A stretch of DNA of 25,089 bases from a virus (Duplodnaviria; Caudoviricetes), in IMG/VR virus record IMGVR_UViG_3300020187_000198, positions 1-25,089 of that record; one strand, 5' to 3'. Of this stretch, positions 7,788 through 14,341 are shown one piece after another. The notes under the pieces are model-generated. The model did not search any database. It had not been told where the DNA came from and was given only the letters and a program-made list of their open reading frames with translations. Position 1 is the stretch's first letter. Every line of letters begins with the position of its first letter. A program made the translations under genes and the position numbers.

Positions 7788-8524
7788 TTCACAGCCCCCA
7801 ACAGATCATGCTTTCTGTCATGACCTTGAAATGACTTAAGCGCATCCCAGTCTGGCTTGCCAACGGACTTCCATTCTCTGCTGATTGCAAAATCCACAAC
7901 ACCTGACAGGTCAAAGCCGTGCCTCTTCAAAATGAGAAAGTCTTGGGTGATTACCGTAACCATCTTCTTAGCTGGCTTTCTGCCTTCACGCTCATCAAGC
8001 TTGTACTCCCACCATTTCTTCCAAGCAGACTTACTAACACCTTCCGGTGAAGTGTTAAGGAGGATAGAGCGCCAACATGTTTGTTCTTTTTGATGTTTGT
8101 TCTTTATGATATTTGTTCTTTGGGTCTGATTACCTTGATCTGGGTTTACTTGATCTGGGTTTACTTGATCTGGGTTTCGATGATCTGGTGGAAAGCGATT
8201 CCTAACATCAGTCACCAACCAATCCCACCGCACGACATGACCGCTTTCGTTTCTAACAATTTCTCTACGGATGTATCCCGCGCTCTCAAGCTCATCGGTA
8301 ATGCGCGTCATTTTGACGTTGCCGACTCCAAATACAGTGCAAAGCTGATTGTTGGTTATTTGCCATTCATCAATATGGCTCAAGAGATAAACAAGAACCC
8401 CTAGAGACTCTGGACTCAATGAGTCATCTCGCTGTGTGCTTGCTGATTTTGTTTCGGAACCTCGAAGAAGGCTGTTGGGGAGGCGGGTGTAGTCTTGCTT
8501 GAGGGTGGCTCTTCGGTAAATCAT
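7784..8524 (-). CDS. Phage replication initiator (HTH) with internal origin repeats
   Basis: YTRLPN, LGVLVYLLS, ELESAGYI N-terminal pattern; NPDQ repeats encoded by iterons; lies directly upstream of the helicase. Confidence 0.82.
   Translation of the reverse strand: MIYRRATLKQDYTRLPNSLLRGSETKSASTQRDDSLSPESLGVLVYLLSHIDEWQITNNQLCTVFGVGNVKMTRITDELESAGYIRREIVRNESGHVVRWDWLVTDVRNRFPPDHRNPDQVNPDQVNPDQGNQTQRTNIIKNKHQKEQTCWRSILLNTSPEGVSKSAWKKWWEYKLDEREGRKPAKKMVTVITQDFLILKRHGFDLSGVVDFAISREWKSVGKPDWDALKSFQGHDRKHDLLGAVK
8077..8190. repeat. Probable replication origin: four 15-bp-period iterons (TGATCTGGGTTT..) plus three 16-bp-period AT-rich repeats (ATRTTTGTTCTTT)
   Basis: Iterons at 8136, 8151, 8166, 8181; AT-rich units at 8077, 8093, 8109. 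Confidence 0.8.
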
Positions 8525-8704
8525 ATGCGATCCATGTCAGTTCACTGTGTTAAATTATGTACAAGTGTAAATCTTTAACTAACACATAGCAACGATGAAT
8601 TTTTTTAAGTCGCGGCAAATCACAAAACTACCTTTGTGTTCATGCATATCTTTTTTTTCTACACTTAGATTTCTATTTTTTCACTAGCGTCTTATAATTA
8701 ACTC

Positions 8705-8753
8705 TTCACATTAATGTTTACCTTAGTGTATAATGCCAAATCAGATATTCTGA
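8705..8753 (+). promoter_or_regulatory. Sigma70-like promoter of the repressor with adjacent palindrome
   Basis: TTCACA(8705)-18 bp-TATAAT(8729); TCAGA-TAT-TCTGA at 8741-8753. Confidence 0.5.
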
Positions 8754-8803
8754 ATTTATGCCTATATAAAGGTTTGCAATTGTTTAACACACGGAGATTG
8801 TTA

Positions 8804-9217
8804 ATGGACAAACTTGGAAAAGAAAAAAGAGCAACGATAGTCAACAACGCACTTGATAACGCTGGCGTACCCAACTGGGGACGAGCCGGAATTATTAAAA
8901 GCGCGTTGAGCGTATCACCCGCAACAGCTAGTGGATGGCTCACTGGTTCGTTGCCAAAAGATCCTCATTCATTGCTACACTTCTGCGACAAGTATGATTT
9001 AAGCCCCCATGAGTGGGTGTTTGGAGAGAAAAGCGCCGATACATCTGCTCTAACTGAAGAAAAAATTATAAGTTATGTGGGGAAAATTAAAGAGTTTGAA
9101 GTCGCTTCGGGAAAGACGCTTACACCCGATCAGTTTGCAAAGCTCTTTGTTTTACTTACTCGCTCGGAAGATCAGGCAAAGTTTTTACTGGAACACGCTG
9201 ACTTTTTGTTATCTTAA
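8804..9217 (+). CDS. Putative phage repressor (HTH, no S24 peptidase domain)
   Basis: IKSALSVSPATASGWLTGSLP...LSPHEWVFGE; divergent from the replication operon; start set at 8804 after GGAG. Confidence 0.75.
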   Translation: MDKLGKEKRATIVNNALDNAGVPNWGRAGIIKSALSVSPATASGWLTGSLPKDPHSLLHFCDKYDLSPHEWVFGEKSADTSALTEEKIISYVGKIKEFEVASGKTLTPDQFAKLFVLLTRSEDQAKFLLEHADFLLS

Positions 9218-9403
9218 TTTTTAAAATGCACACCTCAAACCCGATGCTAGTGTGTCGCGGTAATGTATTCTTTAGTAAAAACGTATTAGAACAACTAATA
9301 AAAGGAGTATGAAAAAATGATGGTCAATACACATACTAATTACTATTCGCTCGTATACTTGAGCTTTATAAATACACGATGAAATAAGTTTTACATATTT
9401 GCA

Positions 9404-9431
9404 TTGCTTTTACGTATTCAGGTGCTATAAT
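9404..9431 (+). promoter_or_regulatory. Sigma70-like promoter of the recombination operon
   Basis: TTGCTT-16 bp-TATAAT with extended -10 (TGcTATAAT). Confidence 0.6.
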
Positions 9432-9461
9432 TAGTCCATAGATAACAAAATGGATTAGCAC

Positions 9462-10094
9462 ATGGATACGTTGAATCGCGCACAAATCTGGAAAACTCTC
9501 AGCAACATTGATGTAACTCCCCTCTGCACTGAAACCGAAATGATCGGCAAAGAGACCATTCACTATTTACCGTGGATGGCGGCTCACGAAATCATGATGG
9601 GTCAGTTTCCTGAGTACACTTGGGAATTTTCTGAAGATCCCCAAGGTCGAGAAGTGCATTACTTTGATGACGGCTCTGCGGAAGTCCGCTGTCGAATGAC
9701 CATTGGCACTCACACCAATATCACGTATTTACCAGTTCATCGGCATGGGGTGGCGATCCCTGCACCCAGCGCAATGGACATCAACAAAGCCAAACAACGC
9801 GCTAGAGTGAAAGCGTTAGGTGAATTTGGTTTAGGTTATCAGATGTGGCTCGCAAAGCCCGATACTTCACCCCAATTAAGAGAAGATGCTGAAGACAAGG
9901 TTACTGAAGATGACTTGGTTGCTCAGTGTTGGCTTGCCGCCAGAGATAAAATTGCCGAGGCAACTAATGTTAGCGCCGGTAAAAAGCATTTTAGCCGGTA
10001 CAAAAAAGGTTTAGAAAATCGTGGCTTGGTTGACTCCAACGAAAATCGCTGGAAGGAAGTGTGTAAAGCAAAAGGCTGGAGGGCTGAGAAGTGA
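9462..10094 (+). CDS. DUF1071/Sak3-type ssDNA annealing protein
   Basis: LSNIDV, YLPWM.A, YLPV, AMDINKAKQRARVKALGEFGLG; next to an exonuclease. Confidence 0.8.
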   Translation: MDTLNRAQIWKTLSNIDVTPLCTETEMIGKETIHYLPWMAAHEIMMGQFPEYTWEFSEDPQGREVHYFDDGSAEVRCRMTIGTHTNITYLPVHRHGVAIPAPSAMDINKAKQRARVKALGEFGLGYQMWLAKPDTSPQLREDAEDKVTEDDLVAQCWLAARDKIAEATNVSAGKKHFSRYKKGLENRGLVDSNENRWKEVCKAKGWRAEK

Positions 10095-11122
10095 GCCTTG
10101 CTGTTCAGGGGTCACCTGAGTGGCATCTTGCCAGAGCCGGAAAGATCAAAGCCTCTGTGTGTGCCGCACTGGAAGGCAAACACCCCTATATGAAGCCTCA
10201 AGATCTTGTTCGTCAGGAAGTGAGAGCATTAGCCGGTGCAGAATCTGAGTTTATTATGGTTCCTGCCGTGGCTCACGGTCAAATGATGGAAGATGTAGCG
10301 AGAGTTTTTCTTGAAAAGCTACAGGACTACCGTGTTGAAGAGACCGGTTTAGTGGTTCACCCGAAATACGATTTCATTGCCGCTTCCCCCGATGGTTTGG
10401 TGGGGCTAGATGGCTGTGTAGAAATTAAGTGTCCCTACCCGAAATACACCAAAGAACCCTATTCGATTTTCAGCCCGAAACGAAGCATGTACTTGATGCA
10501 AGTCTATATGCAGATGGAGGTGCTGGATGTGGACTGGTGTGATTTTATTTGTTATCTCGCGCCAAACGAAACGCACAAGCCGCAATACACGTTAGAGCGG
10601 GTTGAGCGCAAAGAAGACTTTCTGACTGAAAAGCTGTCTCGAAAGTATTTACCGCAACCTGAGAAAGGCACTATTTCGCGGCTTGATCTTTATCAAGAAT
10701 GGCACAGGCACATTCAGTCTCAGCATGATCATGAAGACACTCGCCAAGAACATGTAAAAACGGTAGTTAAAGATGATTTTGAGACGATTACTACGGATGA
10801 TGACCTAAACCACCTATCTCAAGTTCAAAGCCGAATTAACAACATTAAAAGCCGGATTATCGATGAGTTAGACGCTATCGATGTGCTATCCAAGACCTCT
10901 GAACAACTGAAAAAAATAATCGCGGAAAAATACGAAGGTTCAGTCAGCAATGGGTCAACGCTAATTAAGATTATCAACAAAACCCCGCCAATTGATTACC
11001 GACAAGCTTTCGAGTTTTTGGGTGGTGAAGAAGCGGTGTTAGAAAAAGACGAGCAGTTGGATTCGTTTCGGCGAACCACAGGCTCACGACAAATTTCAAT
11101 TCAACATGGAGATATCCAATGA
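10091..11122 (+). CDS. YqaJ/lambda-exonuclease family protein
   Basis: QGSPEWHLAR, ASPDGLV, VEIKCP, QVYMQM. Confidence 0.92.
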   Translation: MSLAVQGSPEWHLARAGKIKASVCAALEGKHPYMKPQDLVRQEVRALAGAESEFIMVPAVAHGQMMEDVARVFLEKLQDYRVEETGLVVHPKYDFIAASPDGLVGLDGCVEIKCPYPKYTKEPYSIFSPKRSMYLMQVYMQMEVLDVDWCDFICYLAPNETHKPQYTLERVERKEDFLTEKLSRKYLPQPEKGTISRLDLYQEWHRHIQSQHDHEDTRQEHVKTVVKDDFETITTDDDLNHLSQVQSRINNIKSRIIDELDAIDVLSKTSEQLKKIIAEKYEGSVSNGSTLIKIINKTPPIDYRQAFEFLGGEEAVLEKDEQLDSFRRTTGSRQISIQHGDIQ

Positions 11123-11538
11123 GTAACTTTGAAGTGCAAGCCGGAAATGGTCGGCTGTATAAATTAACCCCTGAAAAGAAGCAGAAAGAGTTAGACCGAT
11201 TAAAAGGGTTGCGCGAAGACAGAAATCAAGCATGGGCTACCGATGACAAGGCTCATGACTACGATGGCTTTTTGCAGATCGGTCAGAACTTTATCAACTG
11301 GTTGCAGGAAGGTTTGAACCAATCAGGCAATGATTTGATGCGAATGAACTGGAAAGGAAAAGTGGTTAAGACTGATAACGGTGCTGTGCTTCAGGTGAGA
11401 GATGCTTGGATTGGCAACGGCATGATGGATTTAAAGCAATTTAATGAGTCAGGCGCGAACGTGTCGAGCAGTCAAGCGCAGTCCAAGCCACAAGCGCCGG
11501 TTGAGATGTTTGATGAAGAAGATGACCTCCCTTTTTAA
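11119..11538 (+). CDS. Putative ssDNA-binding protein
   Basis: Acidic EEDDLPF tail after a Q/S/P linker; position after annealase and exonuclease. Confidence 0.65.
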   Translation: MSNFEVQAGNGRLYKLTPEKKQKELDRLKGLREDRNQAWATDDKAHDYDGFLQIGQNFINWLQEGLNQSGNDLMRMNWKGKVVKTDNGAVLQVRDAWIGNGMMDLKQFNESGANVSSSQAQSKPQAPVEMFDEEDDLPF

Positions 11539-11559
11539 TAACCAACTAAAGGAAACGCA

Positions 11560-11952
11560 ATGTCACTCAGAATTACACGAAGCGTGGATTCTATTTTGTA
11601 CGGTGGTGAAGATTTGGATCCTGACAACCTTGAAGGCACGTTTGAGCATCGCCTTTGGGTTCGACGAGTCAGAGACCATCGAGGCAAGCAAGACGCGCTG
11701 GTAAATGTGACATCTAAAGAGGGGATCAGCGAGCATATTTTACTCGCTGGAGAGGAAGGGATCTGGTTGAAAAATGACACCAACGTGAACATGGTTGGCG
11801 TTCAACAGTACTGGATGAAATCAAAACCATATTGTGACGAGTGCGGACGCGGTGATGTTGTGCCTGAACGCATGGTTCCACAAGCACGATTGGCGGTGTC
11901 AGCACCGCGCAAATACCAACTAATACGCCATGATGCGAGGAAGAAAAAATGA
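11560..11952 (+). CDS. CsrA/RsmA-like RNA-binding protein, double length, with a CxxC insertion
   Basis: LRITRSVDSILYGG aligns to CsrA LILTRRVGETLMIG; QARLAVSAPRKYQLIRHD aligns to QVRIGVNAPKEVSVHREE. Confidence 0.7.
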   Translation: MSLRITRSVDSILYGGEDLDPDNLEGTFEHRLWVRRVRDHRGKQDALVNVTSKEGISEHILLAGEEGIWLKNDTNVNMVGVQQYWMKSKPYCDECGRGDVVPERMVPQARLAVSAPRKYQLIRHDARKKK

Positions 11953-12188
11953 GTGAGCCACAAACTTTAATTATTGATGGGCAGTCCTATGATGCTGAAT
12001 CTGTTGATCAGCAATGTCGAGAGATGTTAGTTGCTGTCCAAACTGGAAATCAGGCAGTTGCCCTAGCCTCTGCCCTGATAGAGGTTGCCAAAGTTGGCAT
12101 TGATTCCACCTTCTCCAATGCGAAAAAGCTGTTACCAGAACCGCTTGATGTTGAGGGTGAGGTCGAAGCCGAGGAAGCAACACACTAG
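11949..12188 (+). CDS. Hypothetical protein (DUF6447-like)
   Basis: LIIDGQSYD start followed by one long helix; ATGA overlap. Confidence 0.7.
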   Translation: MSEPQTLIIDGQSYDAESVDQQCREMLVAVQTGNQAVALASALIEVAKVGIDSTFSNAKKLLPEPLDVEGEVEAEEATH

Positions 12189-12193
12189 CCCCC

Positions 12194-12361
12194 CTAGCCA
12201 AGGCGAACTCCTCAGCGCCTAGATAGCTGGACTAGCTCACCAGTGGCGACAACGAGCTACTTACCAGATATTTTTTTTTATGATTTAGGCATAAGTGCCG
12301 ATATTAGTGTTGTGTTATCCACTCCACACGCACAGGTAATAGAAGGATATGCCCGAATCAT
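12194..12361 (+). ncRNA. Candidate structured RNA or leader with anti-SD loops
   Basis: Stems AGGCG/CGCCT, TAGCTC/GAGCTA, ATGATTTAGGCATA/TATGCCCGAATCAT, GTGTTGTGT/ACACGCAC; T-run at 12271-12279. Confidence 0.4.
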
Positions 12362-12390
12362 CAAACTTATAAACTACAAGGATATGTATT

Positions 12391-12636
12391 ATGTTAGACA
12401 CAATTAAAAAAATAATTGCCGAAGAAAACCTCTTTGAAATCCCTTGGTCTACGACCCTTCAAACCATCGATGGTGACCGCGTCTGTCTGGTATCAAATTT
12501 TCAGGCCAGTGATGATTACCCGATTGTTTGTTTAATTGATTACGGCACTGAAGTGGGCAGTGACACCTACACCCTTGAGGGTGAATATGATGTAGGCGTT
12601 GCCTCTGGCAATAATTTGATGCCGATTTCAAAATAA
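12391..12636 (+). CDS. Hypothetical phage protein
   Basis: ORF with AAGGA RBS; T.DG.RV...YPIV...YT.EG pattern common in small phage proteins. Confidence 0.75.
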   Translation: MLDTIKKIIAEENLFEIPWSTTLQTIDGDRVCLVSNFQASDDYPIVCLIDYGTEVGSDTYTLEGEYDVGVASGNNLMPISK

Positions 12637-12707
12637 CACTACCCTGCCTAGAAACGATTTTTGCGCTATACTAAAAGGGCTTCTGGGTAGAAAGTCAGAC
12701 ATGGAGA

Positions 12708-13724
12708 ATGATTATGACTTTTGAAGAAGTAGTAAAGCTATACCTAAAAACGCCGACTAAGAAGTTTGGTAACAAAAAAAGTCCGGCGGCACATAGCACT
12801 TTAACGTGGATGTGTTCTAAAACGCCTGAGGGGCTTAGAGATCCTGAGACTAGAAAGGTCTATAAATACAGTAAATATTTGTTAGACAAAAACCCTAGAC
12901 GAAAGATTATCTGGGATGACACTTCAGGAATGTTTAAGGGTCGAGATATGAAATCGATAAACTCGGCAGATGTGACTAAGATGGAAATTCTTCTTCGTTG
13001 TGACAAAGGACTTAGCGAGGCGGGGATAAATAACTATCTAAGGTATCTTCGCGCATTATGTTATTTTGCGAAGAAACGGCTAGCAATTAAGTTTGAAGAC
13101 TTTCCCGATTTTGAGTTGGGAACGGAAGAGGAAAGAGTAGAATGGCTTGAGCCTGAAGAGGCGCTTAAGCTGATTCGGTGGCTAGATCCTTTACGAGCCG
13201 ATATGGTTCGATTTGCTCTTGCTACTGGGCTTCGGAATGCCAACGTCACCCTCATGAAGTGGGAGTATTGGAATCCGAAGACGAGGGATATCATTATTCC
13301 GAAAAAGGAAATGAAAAATGGTAGCTCTCATCACTTAATAGTCACTAAAAGTGCAAAAGAAGTTCTACAAAATAGGTTAAAGGTGAGGGAGAGGCTACTA
13401 AAAGATCACCCAAGCTTGGCGGGTAAGCTGGACTATGTATTTGTCCAGACTAGCGCTAAGTCCCTTGGTAAGCCTTTTTATAGAACTTCTGTTTGTAACA
13501 AGACTTGGAAAAGGGCTGTTAGTTTAGCAGGTCTTCCTTCTTGGGTTCGTTTTCACAGCTTGCGACATACCTTTGCATCATGGCATATTATGGCGGGAAC
13601 GACAGGGAAAGAGTTGATGGAGGTTGGGGGTTGGAAAACAGAGTCAGCGGTTGGACGTTACACCCACCAAAATGAACCGCACAAAAAGAAGGTAGCATCA
13701 CGGTTGGATGGGGTTTTGGCATAA
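12708..13724 (+). CDS. int: Tyrosine integrase
   Basis: TGLRNAN, HSLRHTFASW, GGWK, RYTH catalytic motifs; adjacent att core. Confidence 0.95.
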   Translation: MIMTFEEVVKLYLKTPTKKFGNKKSPAAHSTLTWMCSKTPEGLRDPETRKVYKYSKYLLDKNPRRKIIWDDTSGMFKGRDMKSINSADVTKMEILLRCDKGLSEAGINNYLRYLRALCYFAKKRLAIKFEDFPDFELGTEEERVEWLEPEEALKLIRWLDPLRADMVRFALATGLRNANVTLMKWEYWNPKTRDIIIPKKEMKNGSSHHLIVTKSAKEVLQNRLKVRERLLKDHPSLAGKLDYVFVQTSAKSLGKPFYRTSVCNKTWKRAVSLAGLPSWVRFHSLRHTFASWHIMAGTTGKELMEVGGWKTESAVGRYTHQNEPHKKKVASRLDGVLA

Positions 13725-13793
13725 CACAACCCCAAATGGTAAGTTAGGGTTTGTCGCTTTCAGGTTTTTTTTGGAACGATAGCACTAACACAG

Positions 13794-13819
13794 GAGGGTT
13801 GAGCTATTTAGTAACCCTC
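13794..13819 (-). terminator. Hairpin downstream of the tRNA 3' end (possible replacement terminator)
   Basis: GAGGGTT...AACCCTC inverted repeat; no strong U-tract. Confidence 0.35.
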
Positions 13820-13820
13820 A

Positions 13821-13833
13821 TAACATGTTGATT
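13821..13833 (-). promoter_or_regulatory. IHF binding site
   Basis: Minus strand AATCAA-CATG-TTA matches WATCAANNNNTTR. Confidence 0.8.
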
Positions 13834-13853
13834 TATAACGAAAAACTCCAAAA

Positions 13854-13913
13854 TGGAGCGGGAAACCGGGTTCGAACCGGCGACCTGTACCTTGGCAAGG
13901 TACCGCTCTACCA
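13854..13913 (-). tRNA. 3' fragment (60 nt) of tRNA-Gly(GCC) forming the att core; not a functional tRNA
   Basis: TGGTAGAGC-GGTACCTT GCC AAGGTAC-AGGTCGCCGGTTCGAACCCGGTTTCCCGCTCCA; 5' acceptor and D strands are absent. Confidence 0.92.
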
Positions 13914-13922
13914 TTCCTTATA

Positions 13923-13935
13923 AATCAATGACTTA
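13923..13935 (+). promoter_or_regulatory. IHF binding site
   Basis: AATCAA-TGAC-TTA matches WATCAANNNNTTR. Confidence 0.8.
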
Positions 13936-13990
13936 CGAGAGCTTTCTACCCAGAAGAATTTTCGTGATAGCACAACCCTAAAGGTAATTT

Positions 13991-14173
13991 ATGAAGAAAT
14001 TTAAGCAAAAAATCAAAGAAACTAACAAGCTAGCTGATGATTTAATTAAGGATGCTAAAACATCAAATTCATCGCTTTATGAATGGCTAGAAATTGACTT
14101 TAAAAAAGTGACTTTAAAGAACGGTCACTGCGTCCTTATCCTATTTGGTTGCATCCTGCTGTACATCCTATAG
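13991..14173 (+). CDS. Small protein with C-terminal membrane anchor
   Basis: AAGG RBS; charged helix followed by a hydrophobic tail. Confidence 0.65.
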   Translation: MKKFKQKIKETNKLADDLIKDAKTSNSSLYEWLEIDFKKVTLKNGHCVLILFGCILLYIL

Positions 14174-14207
14174 ATGCATAACTGAGATAACCTTTTATCA
14201 TTACTCA

Positions 14208-14241
14208 AGGCGCTAAACGAGCAGTATAATAGCGCCTCTTT
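14208..14241. terminator. Hairpin between convergent genes
   Basis: AGGCGCTA...TAGCGCCT 8-bp stem followed by CTTT. Confidence 0.4.
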
Positions 14242-14272
14242 CGTTAACCCCCTTACCTCTAAAGGCTCTGAT

Positions 14273-14341
14273 ATGATCGTTGTGTGTGCGTGTGTTTTAT
14301 TTGGTTTAGTTGTTATTGCTAGAGACGATCTTGCAAGCTAG
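14273..14341 (+). CDS. 22-aa hydrophobic peptide MIVVCACVLFGLVVIARDDLAS
   Basis: Translated by hand; AAAGG upstream; TATAAT at 14225; stop abuts the stop of the giant gene. Confidence 0.4.
   Translation: MIVVCACVLFGLVVIARDDLAS

Larger units (their letters stand above)
13721..13978. other. attP region (tRNA core, IHF sites, putative arm repeats)
   Basis: Core 13854-13913; repeats ATAACACAACCC (13721), ATAGCACTAAC (13779), ATAGCACAACCC (13967). Confidence 0.85.

Noticed and set aside
9226-9382. Mini-ORFs after the repressor (28 aa at 9226; 21 aa at 9317 after AAGGAG)
   Set aside because: Too short, no recognisable features; AT-rich promoter region is the simpler explanation
13854-13913. Functional phage tRNA-Gly
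   Set aside because: 5' acceptor strand and D-stem are missing; it is the att core
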